A stretch of DNA of 64,000 nt from an uncultured Rhodospirillaceae bacterium (GCA_964486105.1 CAZAKR010000013.1:537-64536), one strand, 5' to 3'; positions 49,201 to 59,978 are shown, numbered from the stretch's first letter. Numbers and translations: made by a program. The notes: a model not told the origin generated them from the sequence alone.

Positions 49201-51216
49201 ATGAACCTTCCTTGCGTCAGCGTCGTCATCCCTGTCTACAACCGGGCCAAGCTTATCGGCCGGGCGCTAGAGAGCGTATTCACGCAGAGTTTCCAGGATT
49301 TTGAGGTGATCATCGTTGATGACGCTTCGACGGATGATCTTGGAACGGCGCTGAAACCCTTCGACGACCCGCGCATGCAGATCGTTACCCACGAAAAGAA
49401 CAGAGGCGCCGGGGCGGCGCGCAATACGGGCATCCGTGCATCAAGAGGCAAATACATCGCCTTTCTCGATTCCGATGATGAATGGACAAGGCGCAAGCTG
49501 GCGCGGCAGGTTGCCTATCTCGAAACGGCCCCTGATACCACGCCTCTCGCCTGCACCGGGTTTTTCATGGATCATTCTACCGACCAGAAGGTTTACGCAA
49601 CCAAGTTAGCTGAAACGACGTTTGATCTCGATATGATTTCTCAGGGCAGCCATACATGCCTCGCCACGACCCTGATGATTAGACGGTCCTGCTTCGATGA
49701 GATGAGCCTCTATGACGAAGGTTTGCCCTGTCTTGAAGTTTGGGATCTTCTCTTAAGGTTTGCCAGGCGATGGTCGATTGGCGTCATCGGCGAACCGATG
49801 GCCTGGATTCACTTTTACAAATCCCCCCCCACCGAAACCATGGGCAGGGCTATTGAACATTTCCAGGAGAATCATCGGGAATACTTGCGCACCCACAATC
49901 GACATGCGGCAACTTATCTTGAAGCCGCCATTACCAAGGAAAGGCTGGAAATATTTTACAGGAACCAGCAATTTAAGGATTCTTTAAAACTTGCTTTCTC
50001 TCTCCTCCTTAAATCCCCTTGGTTGTCCCTAGCCACCATCAAGAAAACAACTGGCGCCATTCTTCACTACATTTTATTCCGCCATAAAAAGAAAACACTT
50101 GCTACATTTGATAAAGAACCAAAAATTCTTCACGTCATTTCTTCACTTCAGACAGGAGGAGCTGAAGGGATGTTGACTTCTCTTCTCCTGCACTCCAAAG
50201 GCGGCCAAGAACATATACAGGTTGCAGTTCTTTATCCTGGGGGAGCTAACTTAGAAAAACTTTTAGAAGCGGGATATACGGTCTTAAGCCTTGGAACAAA
50301 AAGAATCATATACACGCCAATCTCTCTTCTTCGCCTGATAAGGATCATACGGCTTGAACAGCCGGATATTATTCACAGCTGGTTGTATCATGCTGATCTG
50401 ATTTCGACACTTGCCCTCTATCTATCCGGAAGACGTATAAAAACGAAATTGATCTGGGGTATCCGCTGTTCGGATATGAATCTTTCAAACTACTCCCCCT
50501 TTTTACGCTTGTCGGTTTGGCTCTGCCGCCTGCTGTCCACTCTTCCCGATATGGTTACGGCTAATTCCCGCGCGGGAAGAGATTTTCACATTGAAATGGG
50601 CTATAAGCCAAAGCGGATTGAATTATTTGAAAACAGCTACGACCTCTCACTATTCACTCGCTCCCAAAAAGCCAGAAAAAAGATACGGCAACAACTGGAC
50701 ATTCCGGAAGATGCCATTGTTGTCATCGCAGTTGGCCGCAACGATCCCATGAAATCCTGGCCGACCTTTATAGAGGCCTTCTCGGCTAGCGGGGAGATTT
50801 TTGGGATTGTTGCCGGATCTGGGACTCTTGACCTTCCAGACCTGCCCAACCTTAGGCGCCTGGGAAGACGCAATGACGTGCCCGATCTTTTAGCCGCCAG
50901 CGATATTTTTGTTTCTTCTTCAGCCTTTGGCGAGGGGTTTTCCAATGCCATTGCGGAGGCAATGGCCTCCGGCCTACCCGTTATTGCCACGGATGTGGGA
51001 GATTCGGCCTATATTGTTCAAGAGGGGGGAATTATTGTTTCACCTATGAATCCTGGTCAAATCAGTTCTGCTATCTGCAGCCTAGCTGGCGATCCAGACC
51101 TAAGAATGTCGATGGGACAGTATGGAAGAGAACGTATTGCCACTCGATACAATATAGAGGAAGCATCAAGAAAATTATTAAAGTTTTATGATCGATCCAA
51201 TGTCGAAGTCATCTGA
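49201..51216 (+). CDS. Bifunctional glycosyltransferase with an N-terminal GT2 (GT-A) and a C-terminal GT4 (GT-B) domain
   Basis: The N-terminus is VSVVIPVYNRAKLIGRALESVFTQSFQDFEVIIVDDASTDD...FLDSDDEW. The C-terminus is KILHVISSLQTGGAEGMLTSLL...EGFSNAIAEAMASGLPVIATDVG. Confidence 0.8.
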   Translation: MNLPCVSVVIPVYNRAKLIGRALESVFTQSFQDFEVIIVDDASTDDLGTALKPFDDPRMQIVTHEKNRGAGAARNTGIRASRGKYIAFLDSDDEWTRRKLARQVAYLETAPDTTPLACTGFFMDHSTDQKVYATKLAETTFDLDMISQGSHTCLATTLMIRRSCFDEMSLYDEGLPCLEVWDLLLRFARRWSIGVIGEPMAWIHFYKSPPTETMGRAIEHFQENHREYLRTHNRHAATYLEAAITKERLEIFYRNQQFKDSLKLAFSLLLKSPWLSLATIKKTTGAILHYILFRHKKKTLATFDKEPKILHVISSLQTGGAEGMLTSLLLHSKGGQEHIQVAVLYPGGANLEKLLEAGYTVLSLGTKRIIYTPISLLRLIRIIRLEQPDIIHSWLYHADLISTLALYLSGRRIKTKLIWGIRCSDMNLSNYSPFLRLSVWLCRLLSTLPDMVTANSRAGRDFHIEMGYKPKRIELFENSYDLSLFTRSQKARKKIRQQLDIPEDAIVVIAVGRNDPMKSWPTFIEAFSASGEIFGIVAGSGTLDLPDLPNLRRLGRRNDVPDLLAASDIFVSSSAFGEGFSNAIAEAMASGLPVIATDVGDSAYIVQEGGIIVSPMNPGQISSAICSLAGDPDLRMSMGQYGRERIATRYNIEEASRKLLKFYDRSNVEVI

Positions 51217-51262
51217 CTGATGTTCTGCCTATTCAATAGCGAGAGCCAGATCAAGCGAGTAA

Positions 51263-52222
51263 ATGAAAGCCACACAAAACATATCAAGATTTGCCTTAAT
51301 TGGCGCAGCCGGCTACATAGCACCCCGGCATATGCAGGCGATCAAGGAAGTTGGTGGCGACCTTGTCGCTGCGTTTGATCCGGCTGACAGTGTTGGCGTG
51401 ATCGACAGCCATTTTCCCGAGGCCCGCTTTTTCACCGAGTTTGAACGCTTCGACCGTCATATAGACAAGTTGCACCGTGCTGGTGCCAAGGTCGATTATG
51501 TGGCGATTTGTTCACCCAACTATCTGCACGACGCGCATGTGCGTTTTGCGTTGCGTTCAGATGCAGATGCCATATGTGAAAAGCCCCTGGTTCTTAACCC
51601 CTGGAATCTTGATGGCTTGGCCGAAATGGAAAAGCACACTGGCAAGCGGGTCTACACCATTTTGCAATTGCGCCTGCATCCCGCGATTATCGCGCTGAAG
51701 GAACGCATCGACAGCCAGCCCGCGGATAAGGTGTTTGATGTGGATTTGACTTACATCACGTCGCGCGGGCGTTGGTACCACGTTTCGTGGAAAGGGGATG
51801 AAGATAAGTCCGGCGGCATTGCCGGTAACATCGGCGTTCATTTTTACGACATGTTGGAATTTGTCTTTGGTAACCTTAAGGCCAATCATGTTCACCTGCA
51901 CACACCAACCCATGCTGCGGGGTACCTGGAGTATGAACGCGCCCGGGTACGGTGGTTCCTGTCCGTTGATCGCAACGATTTGCCCGAACACACAGCCGAA
52001 GGCCAAACCACCTACCGCTCCATCACCGTGGATGGGTCCGAGGTTGAGTTCTCAGGTGGGTTCACAGATTTACATACATTGAGCTATCAAGATGTGCTGA
52101 ACGGCGGTGGCTTCGGTATTGATGACGTTCGTCCAAGCATCGAGGTTGTTTCCTACATTCGCACCGCTGATTTAGAACCCAACAAAGGCGATATGCACCC
52201 GTTCGCCAAAGATAGGAGCTGA
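51263..52222 (+). CDS. wbpB: UDP-N-acetylglucosaminuronate 3-dehydrogenase-like oxidoreductase (Gfo/Idh/MocA family, WbpB homologue)
   Basis: FALIGAAGYIAPRHMQAIKEVGG...ICSPNYLHDAHVRFALRSDADAICEKPLV...YTILQLRLHPAIIALKERI closely parallels Pseudomonas WbpB. Confidence 0.8.
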   Translation: MKATQNISRFALIGAAGYIAPRHMQAIKEVGGDLVAAFDPADSVGVIDSHFPEARFFTEFERFDRHIDKLHRAGAKVDYVAICSPNYLHDAHVRFALRSDADAICEKPLVLNPWNLDGLAEMEKHTGKRVYTILQLRLHPAIIALKERIDSQPADKVFDVDLTYITSRGRWYHVSWKGDEDKSGGIAGNIGVHFYDMLEFVFGNLKANHVHLHTPTHAAGYLEYERARVRWFLSVDRNDLPEHTAEGQTTYRSITVDGSEVEFSGGFTDLHTLSYQDVLNGGGFGIDDVRPSIEVVSYIRTADLEPNKGDMHPFAKDRS

Positions 52223-52225
52223 TCC

Positions 52226-52810
52226 ATGGGCAACGCGCCGGATATGGAAGGCGTTTCAATTCATGAAAGCGCCTATGTGGATTTGCCATGTACCATCGGT
52301 GTGGGAACGAAAATCTGGCATTTTTCCCATGTCTTGCCCAACACCTCAATCGGTGAGGGCTGTGTGTTGGGTCAAAACGTCGTGGTGGGGCCAGATGTCA
52401 CTATTGGTAATAAAGTCAAAATTCAAAACAATGTCAGCATCTATAAAGGCGTAACACTGGAAGACGGTGTGTTCTGTGGACCGTCGTGCGTCTTCACAAA
52501 TGTGAATAATCCGCGTTCCGAGATTAACCGCCAAGATGAGTTTCGCCCGACGCTGGTCAAGCGCGGCAGCACGATCGGTGCCAATGCGACCATCGTTTGC
52601 GGTCATACATTGGGTGAATATTGTTTTATTGCCGCCGGCGCCGTGGTGGGCGGGGATGTTCCAGATTTTGCTTTGATGGCTGGAGTTCCCGCTAAGCGTA
52701 TCGGTTGGATAAGCCGCGCCGGTGTAAAACTGGGTGATGATCTGACCTGTTCCCAAGATGGCAGCAAATACAGCCTTAATAGTGACGGCTTGCTGGAGGC
52801 TGCGGACTGA
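52226..52810 (+). CDS. wbpD: Sugar N-acetyltransferase with a left-handed beta-helix (hexapeptide repeat), WbpD-like
   Basis: Hexapeptide repeats are visible ([48 protein letters not shown]). Confidence 0.8.
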   Translation: MGNAPDMEGVSIHESAYVDLPCTIGVGTKIWHFSHVLPNTSIGEGCVLGQNVVVGPDVTIGNKVKIQNNVSIYKGVTLEDGVFCGPSCVFTNVNNPRSEINRQDEFRPTLVKRGSTIGANATIVCGHTLGEYCFIAAGAVVGGDVPDFALMAGVPAKRIGWISRAGVKLGDDLTCSQDGSKYSLNSDGLLEAAD

Positions 52811-52812
52811 TC

Positions 52813-53955
52813 ATGCCCATCCCCTTTATCGATTTACAAGCCCAGCGCCGCGCTATGGGGTCTGCCCTAGATGAGGCCATGGCGCGCGTGCTGGACCGTG
52901 GTGACTTTATCCAGGGCCAAGAGGTCCGTGAATTTGAAGCCGCACTGGCTACCTTCACCGGCGCGGGCCATGTGGTGAGTTGCGCCAGCGGCACCGATGC
53001 GCTGACCTTGGTGGGTATGGCTGAAAACATTGGCCCGGGCGATGCGGTGTTCGTGCCGGCGTTTACGTTTGTCGCCACCGCAGAGGCATTCACTGTCTTG
53101 GGTGCAACGCCGTACTTCGTAGACGTGCTTCCTGATACGTTCAATATGAACCCTGAAAGCCTTCAGGATGGCATTGCCGACGCCAAAGCTCAGGGGCTCA
53201 ACCCGCGTATGGTCGTGGCGGTGGACTTGTTCGGACAACCCGCCGATTACAATCGCCTTGCGCCCATTGCCCATGAAAACAATATGATTTTGGTCGCCGA
53301 TGCCGCTCAGGCGCTGGGTGGGTCTTTGGGTGGAAAACGCGTCGGTACATTGGCCGATTACACCACCACCAGCTTTTTCCCCGCCAAGCCCTTGGGCTGT
53401 TACGGCGATGGCGGTGCGGTGCTGACGGACGTTGCCGATAAGGCTGCATTGATCAAATCTTTGACCCAACACGGTAAGGGTAGTGAAAAATACGATAATT
53501 TGCGCGTTGGCCTCAACAGCCGCCTAGACACCTTGCAGGCGGCTATTTTGATCGAGAAGCTGAAAATTTATGAAGGCGAGTTGCGGGCCCGAAATGATGT
53601 GGCCCAACGCTATTCAGGCGCGCTTAGCGAGATTGCCCAGACCCCGTATCTGTTGGCCGACACACAGTCGTGTTGGGCGCAATACACTTTGAAGTTTGAA
53701 CACCGTGAAACAGCACAAGAAAACCTCAAAAATGCGGGCGTTCCCAGTGCCGTCTATTACCCCATGCCGTTAAGTCAGCAGGGTGGTTATACACAATGCC
53801 CTGTGGTGCCAGGCGGCGTTTTAGTCTCAGAACGCCTGTCCGGTCAGGTTTTGAGTTTACCGATGCACCCGTATTTGGATACTGATACACAAAGCACCGT
53901 CATCAACGCCTTAAAGGCCGCTGTTGGCGCCCCTCACCACCGCCTTAAATCTTGA
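52813..53955 (+). CDS. wbpE: DegT/DnrJ/EryC1/StrS-family PLP-dependent sugar aminotransferase (WbpE-like)
   Basis: The 380-aa protein shows the fold-type I aminotransferase pattern (DAAQALG, SFFPAKPLGCYGDGG). Confidence 0.9.
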   Translation: MPIPFIDLQAQRRAMGSALDEAMARVLDRGDFIQGQEVREFEAALATFTGAGHVVSCASGTDALTLVGMAENIGPGDAVFVPAFTFVATAEAFTVLGATPYFVDVLPDTFNMNPESLQDGIADAKAQGLNPRMVVAVDLFGQPADYNRLAPIAHENNMILVADAAQALGGSLGGKRVGTLADYTTTSFFPAKPLGCYGDGGAVLTDVADKAALIKSLTQHGKGSEKYDNLRVGLNSRLDTLQAAILIEKLKIYEGELRARNDVAQRYSGALSEIAQTPYLLADTQSCWAQYTLKFEHRETAQENLKNAGVPSAVYYPMPLSQQGGYTQCPVVPGGVLVSERLSGQVLSLPMHPYLDTDTQSTVINALKAAVGAPHHRLKS

Positions 53956-53962
53956 GAGTGAT

Positions 53963-54958
53963 ATGGATATTCGTGGGAAGAAACTTGTTCTAATTGGTGG
54001 TGCCGGGCTTATCGGTTCCCACACAGCGGACTTGCTGGTTCAGGAAGACGTTGGTGAAATCGTTATTTATGACAATTTCGTGCGTGGGCGAGAAGAAAAC
54101 CTTGCCAATGCGCTACGCGATCCGCGTGTTCGGATTTTTGATATTGGCGGGGATATTTGCCAGACAGACATTTTGAACGAAGCGTTGAAGAATGCCGATG
54201 GTGTGTTTCACTTCGCAGCTTTGTGGCTGTTGCAGTGCCATGACTTCCCACGTTCCGCATTTGACGTAAACGTGACGGGTGCCTTCAACGTCATGGAAGC
54301 TTGCCATCAGAACGATGTGGGGCGTCTGGTTTATTCCTCGTCAGCGTCAGTTTATGGCGATGCTGTTGAAGAGCCGATGAACGAAGATCATCCCTTCAAT
54401 AATAAAAATTTCTACGGCGCGACCAAGATAGCCGGTGAGGCCATGTTGCGCGCTTTTCATTTTCGTTATGGCCTGCCTTTCGTTGGGCTGCGTTATATGA
54501 ATGTTTACGGACCGCGTCAGGATTATCAGGGCGCTTACATTGCGGTCATTATGAAGATGCTCGACGCCATTGATCAGGGGCAGGGGCCGACGGTCATGGG
54601 GGACGGTAGCGAGGCATTTGACTTTGTTGCCGTCGAAGATTGCGGTCTTGCAAATGTGTGCGCCATGAAAGCAGGCAGTGTTGATCGTTTCTATAACGTT
54701 GGCACTGGCAAGCGAACCTCGTTAAAGGAATTGGCAGAAATGCTTGTCGACCTGACCGGCACGGATCAAGAAATTCAATACGCGCCCCGCAGTCAAGCAA
54801 CGTTGGTGCGCAACCGTATTGGCTGCCCAAAACGCGCCAAAGATGAAATCGCCTTTGACGCAGAAATCGAATTGCGTGAGGGCCTGCAAAAGCTCATCGA
54901 TTGGCGGAAAAGCCATATTGAAGAAGTCGAAGCGCGGCGCAGTAAAGCGCGCATTTAG
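53963..54958 (+). CDS. NAD-dependent epimerase/dehydratase (SDR) acting on sugar nucleotides
   Basis: The start is the ATG at about 53963 (MDIRGKKLVLIGGAGLIGSH). The YGATK catalytic motif is present. Confidence 0.85.
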   Translation: MDIRGKKLVLIGGAGLIGSHTADLLVQEDVGEIVIYDNFVRGREENLANALRDPRVRIFDIGGDICQTDILNEALKNADGVFHFAALWLLQCHDFPRSAFDVNVTGAFNVMEACHQNDVGRLVYSSSASVYGDAVEEPMNEDHPFNNKNFYGATKIAGEAMLRAFHFRYGLPFVGLRYMNVYGPRQDYQGAYIAVIMKMLDAIDQGQGPTVMGDGSEAFDFVAVEDCGLANVCAMKAGSVDRFYNVGTGKRTSLKELAEMLVDLTGTDQEIQYAPRSQATLVRNRIGCPKRAKDEIAFDAEIELREGLQKLIDWRKSHIEEVEARRSKARI

Positions 54959-54972
54959 AGGGCAATAGCTAA

Positions 54973-56853
54973 ATGTGTGGCATAGCAGGCTTCATCAACA
55001 CAAACAGCGCGCCGGCATCGGCAGTTGTGCTGAAAGACATGATGGACGTTATTGCCCATCGTGGTCCCGATGGAGAAGGGCAATGGGTTGAAGGTGAGGT
55101 TGCTCTTGGGCATCGCCGTCTCGCCATTATTGACCTTACGGCCGCTGCTCATCAGCCTATGCAAACGGCCGATGGTCGCTATGTCATCACGTATAATGGT
55201 GAAATTTATAATTTCAGGGAATTACGCCTAGAGCTGGAAGCCAAGGGATATCGTTTCCACTCTGATACGGATAGTGAGGTCGTTTTAAATGCCTTTGCGG
55301 AATGGGGAGTTCAGTGTCTTCTGCGTTTCAACGGCATGTTTGCCTTTGCTATATGGGATGCGAAACAACGTCAATTGACGTTGGCGCGGGACCGCTATGG
55401 TGTGAAGCCATTATATTGGAGTGTTAAAGGCAACACCTGTCTATTTGGTTCCGAAGTGAAATCCATTCTTTGCCATCCAGCCGTCAAGGCGGAGATGGAC
55501 CTGCCTGGGTTGATGGAATACTGCACATTTCAAAACTTTTTTACGGATAAGACCTTATTCAAGGACATTCATTTGCTGCCTGCGGGGTGTTATGTCGTTC
55601 TACGCAATGGCGTGAATAGCAAACCTGAAATAACGCGCTACTGGGATTATCAATTTGAGGAACCGGAGACCTCAAAGACTGAGGATGAATATGCTGAAGA
55701 GTTGGATTATCTGTTTCGACAGGCTGTAACCCGGCAACTTGTTAGCGATGTCGACGTTGGAGGATATCTGTCGGGTGGTATGGATTCAGGCTCGATCGCG
55801 GCGATTGCGTCACAGCAAATTCCCAATATGCGGACTTTCACCTGCGGTTTTGACTTGAGTTCGGCATCGGGAATAGAGATGTCGTTTGATGAGCGCTCCG
55901 CAGCCGAGCAGATGTCGAACCAATACAAAACAGAACATTACGAAATGGTTCTCAAAGCCGGTGATATGGAACGCTGTATGCCTGCCATTGCCCATCACCT
56001 TGAAGAGCCTCGGGTTGGGCAAAGCTATCCTAACTTTTACATTTCAGGGCTGGCGGGGAAATTTAACAAAGTTGTGTTGGCGGGGACTGGTGGCGATGAA
56101 CTGTTCGGTGGGTATCCGTGGCGCTATTATCGCGCCGTGGTGAACGATGATTTCGAACACTACACAGATAAGTATTACAGTTATTGGCAGCGTCTAGTCC
56201 CCAATGAGCTGGCCAGCAACTTTTTTGCGCCGATCTGGAATGATGTCAAAGACGTATCGACACGCGACATTTTTCAAAATGTGTTTTTAAGCCACGCCGA
56301 GAATCTGACCCGCCCAGAAGATTATGTGAACCACTCCCTTTATTTTGAGGCCAAGACATTTCTGCAAGGGCTCTTCATCGTTGAAGATAAGCTTGGTATG
56401 GCGCACTCGTTGGAAACACGCTTTCCCTTCATGGACAATGATCTGGTAGATTTTGCGATGAGGCTGCCGACGCGCTTTAAACTCGGCAATCTTGGCAATG
56501 TTGTGAAGTTGGATGAAAACGAGCCGGGCGCGAAAACATCTCGTTATTTTCAGAAAACCAATGATGGGAAGTTACTGTTGCGCAAAGTCATGCAACGTCA
56601 TATTCCCGATGAGGTCGTGCAGCGTGAAAAACAGGGTTTTTCTGCTCCTGACGCCAGTTGGTTCCGTGGAGAAAGTATCGACTTTGTCCGTCGCACCTTT
56701 CTGGAAAATGAAGCCCCTCTATATCAGTTCCTTGATCGGACAACAGTGACCGAGCTCATCGAAGATCACCTTCAGGGACGAGATAACCGTCGCTTGCTGA
56801 TCTGGTCATTTTTGAGCGTTAATGAGTGGTGTAAGGAGTTCCTTGATGCATAA
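54973..56853 (+). CDS. Asparagine synthetase B-like glutamine amidotransferase (WbpS-like uronic-acid amidotransferase candidate)
   Basis: MCGIAGF (Ntn Cys2) and the PP-loop SGGMDSGSIAA are present. Confidence 0.9.
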   Translation: MCGIAGFINTNSAPASAVVLKDMMDVIAHRGPDGEGQWVEGEVALGHRRLAIIDLTAAAHQPMQTADGRYVITYNGEIYNFRELRLELEAKGYRFHSDTDSEVVLNAFAEWGVQCLLRFNGMFAFAIWDAKQRQLTLARDRYGVKPLYWSVKGNTCLFGSEVKSILCHPAVKAEMDLPGLMEYCTFQNFFTDKTLFKDIHLLPAGCYVVLRNGVNSKPEITRYWDYQFEEPETSKTEDEYAEELDYLFRQAVTRQLVSDVDVGGYLSGGMDSGSIAAIASQQIPNMRTFTCGFDLSSASGIEMSFDERSAAEQMSNQYKTEHYEMVLKAGDMERCMPAIAHHLEEPRVGQSYPNFYISGLAGKFNKVVLAGTGGDELFGGYPWRYYRAVVNDDFEHYTDKYYSYWQRLVPNELASNFFAPIWNDVKDVSTRDIFQNVFLSHAENLTRPEDYVNHSLYFEAKTFLQGLFIVEDKLGMAHSLETRFPFMDNDLVDFAMRLPTRFKLGNLGNVVKLDENEPGAKTSRYFQKTNDGKLLLRKVMQRHIPDEVVQREKQGFSAPDASWFRGESIDFVRRTFLENEAPLYQFLDRTTVTELIEDHLQGRDNRRLLIWSFLSVNEWCKEFLDA

Positions 56854-56913
56854 ACATGCTCGTTGGACAACACTGACAAAAGTTGGTTTCGCGACTAGGG
56901 GGAAAAGCATCAG

Positions 56914-57750
56914 ATGATCCTGCGAGCCATCCATCCAGCAGCTACCGTCCGTGCTATTGGCGATTTTCTGCGTGTCATGGTCCGCCATCGTGAACTCATA
57001 GCTGCCATGGCGAAACGCGATATCGGGAGCCGTTTCGCGGGCCAGGTGCTTGGCAGCCTGTGGGCCGTTCTGCATCCTTTGGTGTTGATCTGCGTTTATA
57101 TCGTCCTGTTCGCCTTTGTCTTCAATATTCGTATGCCCGAAGGCATGGAATTTGAGCGGTCCTACACGACCTATCTATTGAGCGGGCTGGTGCCCTGGAT
57201 CGTGTTCCAGGAAATCATCATACGCTCTAGCACGGCGGTCACGGAAAATGACAATTTGGTTAAACAGGTAGTCTTTCCCATAGAGGTTCTACCGGTTAAA
57301 TCGGTGTTGTCGTCGATGGTGGTTCCTATCGTTGCTTTCACGGTGCTGTTGTTGCAGGGGGCAGTGGAATCCGGCCTGCCTGCAATTGCCGTCCTGCTAC
57401 CCCTTTTATTGCTTCTGCAATTGATCGCCATGGTTGGAATAGCCATGCTCCTCGCCGCAGTCGGTGTTTATCTGCGCGATCTCAAGGATATTGCCCAGGT
57501 AGGCTGCTTTATTACCATATACGCCACTCCAATCTTTTACCTGCCTGATTGGGTACCCTCAGGCTTGAAGCCAATAACCTATCTCAACCCGTTCAGCTAT
57601 ATGGTGTGGTGCTATCGCGACCTTGTCTATTATGGACGGTTTGAACATCCTTGGGCATGGCTGGTTTTTACATTCTTTGCCCTTCTGTCGTTTGCGATAG
57701 GTTATCGGGTGTTCCGCCGCCTTAAACCGGGGTTCGGGAGCGTGCTGTGA
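56914..57750 (+). CDS. wzm: ABC-2 type polysaccharide export permease (Wzm)
   Basis: The 278-aa protein has 6 TM helices and the ABC-2 pattern. Confidence 0.85.
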   Translation: MILRAIHPAATVRAIGDFLRVMVRHRELIAAMAKRDIGSRFAGQVLGSLWAVLHPLVLICVYIVLFAFVFNIRMPEGMEFERSYTTYLLSGLVPWIVFQEIIIRSSTAVTENDNLVKQVVFPIEVLPVKSVLSSMVVPIVAFTVLLLQGAVESGLPAIAVLLPLLLLLQLIAMVGIAMLLAAVGVYLRDLKDIAQVGCFITIYATPIFYLPDWVPSGLKPITYLNPFSYMVWCYRDLVYYGRFEHPWAWLVFTFFALLSFAIGYRVFRRLKPGFGSVL

Positions 57751-59060
57751 CAGATCTTGCTATTCAGGTTCGCGGCCTCTCAAAGATGTTCAAAGTCTAC
57801 AGTCAACCGCGTGATTTAGCGCTGGAGCTGGTGACGGGCCGCAAGCGACACGAGGAACATTGGGCCTTGCGTGATATCGACCTCGACATTCGCCGTGGCG
57901 AGGTCTTTGGCATCGTTGGGCGCAATGGCTCTGGAAAAAGCACGCTTCTGCGTATTCTGGCGGGGACTCTAGACAAGACTGGCGGGGAGGCAGACGTCAC
58001 GGGGAGCCTGTCCGCGATTCTGGAATTGGGAACAGGTTTCCACCCGGAATACAGCGGCCGAGAAAATATCATAATGGGTGGCATGTGCCTTGGAATGAGC
58101 AGGGCCGAGACCGAAGACAGGATCGAAGAAATTATCGACTTCAGCGAGTTGAGGGACGTCATTGATCGACCGTTCAAGACCTATTCCAGTGGCATGCAGG
58201 CCCGCCTGACCTTTAGCACTTCGGTAAGTGTCGAACCCGACATCCTCATTATTGACGAAGCACTGGCGGCAGGGGATGGAGCGTTCGTCGCGAAATGCAT
58301 GCAGCGGATCAAGGAAATTTGCGACAGCGGCAGTACTGTTCTCCTAGTCTCACATGGCCTTGAAACTATTTCTCGTTTCTGCAGTCGCGCGACTTGGCTC
58401 CACAAGGGGGAGATCGTGTGTACGGGTGGCACCGAGGAGATTGTGGACAGATATAAGGCATTCCTTGATGATGAAGAGGAACAAGAACTTGCTCGTCAAA
58501 ACAGTCGTTTGACAGCCTCCCCCGACCGTCAGCGACAGGAAGCTAAACATCAAGGAATCCCTGGACGGGGAGAAGGCGGCATTACTGTACTCGATGCAGC
58601 CATCTATGACGGCGATGGAAATCAGCGAGATGCATTTTTGTTCGGGGAAGAAATGACAATAAGAGTCCGCGTAAGCTCCGCGCAGGATTTTGAACAACTC
58701 TCTGTTGGAATCGCCTTTCATCGTTCAGACGGCGTGGCAATGATGACGTCTAATAACACTTTCGCATTATCGGAAGATTACCAGCACACAAACACACCAA
58801 TCAGTCTGAAAGCGGAATCTGAAGCTGTGCTGGCCTTGCATATCCCTTCTTTTCCACTTGGCTTAGGGCGTTATAAAATTTTATTCAATATATCCAAAAC
58901 GGTTCATATTGTTTCTCAAATGGAAGCGATTTATTACAATGACCGTCTTCTCGAAATAAGTATCCGCTCTCCAAGCCCAACATATTATTTTAGACACGCG
59001 GCTGAAACTCCGACTTCCTGGTCGGTTGAACATGATCAAACCCACAAGAAAATCACTTGA
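57747..59060 (+). CDS. wzt: Polysaccharide ABC transporter ATP-binding protein Wzt with a C-terminal glycan-binding domain
   Basis: Walker A GRNGSGKST, the signature YSSGMQARL and Walker B ILIIDE are present. A ~190-aa C-terminal beta-rich extension follows, typical of Wzt proteins that recognise a modified O-PS terminus. Confidence 0.9.
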   Translation: MTDLAIQVRGLSKMFKVYSQPRDLALELVTGRKRHEEHWALRDIDLDIRRGEVFGIVGRNGSGKSTLLRILAGTLDKTGGEADVTGSLSAILELGTGFHPEYSGRENIIMGGMCLGMSRAETEDRIEEIIDFSELRDVIDRPFKTYSSGMQARLTFSTSVSVEPDILIIDEALAAGDGAFVAKCMQRIKEICDSGSTVLLVSHGLETISRFCSRATWLHKGEIVCTGGTEEIVDRYKAFLDDEEEQELARQNSRLTASPDRQRQEAKHQGIPGRGEGGITVLDAAIYDGDGNQRDAFLFGEEMTIRVRVSSAQDFEQLSVGIAFHRSDGVAMMTSNNTFALSEDYQHTNTPISLKAESEAVLALHIPSFPLGLGRYKILFNISKTVHIVSQMEAIYYNDRLLEISIRSPSPTYYFRHAAETPTSWSVEHDQTHKKIT

Positions 59061-59102
59061 TCTCAAGATGAAGAATATCCAATTAACGGACGTTGCCAGC
59101 CA

Positions 59103-59978
59103 ATGAGTCGCCGCATCATTATTATGAGGTTTCTTGGCTTGTTCCTCGGATGTTTGCGCTTGACTGTTTGGGGGCGTGGCAAGTCCCTTAATGCGCGCCA
59201 AAAGCAGTTGGTAGATGAAGTCCAGCTTTGGACATCACGTTTCTTTGCGCCTGCCCTGATGAAACCATTGGATGCTCTGGTCGCTGACCAGCTTTTGTCT
59301 AATCACAATTGGAATGGTCCTGTACTTGATGCTGGCTGCGGCGCCTGCCGGTTCGGTTATAGCATCTTCAAACCATGGCTAGACAAAGTAACCATAGATG
59401 GCCTCGATCTCGAGATCGAAATGGAAAGTAATATAGACAGTGGCCATCGAGATATGCTCAGAAATTTTTACAAAATGTCCTTCGAAGATACAGGGCTTCG
59501 GGACAATACGTATGGATTGATATTTAGCAACAACGCTCTACAAGCAGCACCCGTATTAGAAGATGCCATCAAGGAGTTCCATCGGATTATGGTCAAAGAT
59601 GGCCTGCTGATTTTTAATGTGACAACGCCGGCATATCAACGGCGGCTGCGGCCTGATTGGGAGATGTTGCCACGTTATTTCACCGTCAATGAGATCAAAG
59701 ATACGGTTGTTTCCTGCGGGTTTGAGGCGCTTGAGATCACGCCATATAACAGTGGTTTCTTTGCTAAAATGGACTTCCGCTATTTCATGCCCGCCTATAA
59801 GGATTTATGGGCATATGAAGTAAATTCAAGCATTCAGCCTCATGGAGCCCTATATCAGTTGTTGTTTGGGTGGTTCCGAAAGTTTCTTTCCTGCTTCTCA
59901 ACAGCGTATGTCCGGGCACTCCGAGAACAAGGTGCAGGCGATAGTGGCAAGCTGTATGTTGTCGCAAGAAAACGATAG
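59103..59978 (+). CDS. Class I SAM-dependent methyltransferase
   Basis: The motif VLDAGCGACRFG is present. Confidence 0.65.
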   Translation: MSRRIIIMRFLGLFLGCLRLTVWGRGKSLNARQKQLVDEVQLWTSRFFAPALMKPLDALVADQLLSNHNWNGPVLDAGCGACRFGYSIFKPWLDKVTIDGLDLEIEMESNIDSGHRDMLRNFYKMSFEDTGLRDNTYGLIFSNNALQAAPVLEDAIKEFHRIMVKDGLLIFNVTTPAYQRRLRPDWEMLPRYFTVNEIKDTVVSCGFEALEITPYNSGFFAKMDFRYFMPAYKDLWAYEVNSSIQPHGALYQLLFGWFRKFLSCFSTAYVRALREQGAGDSGKLYVVARKR

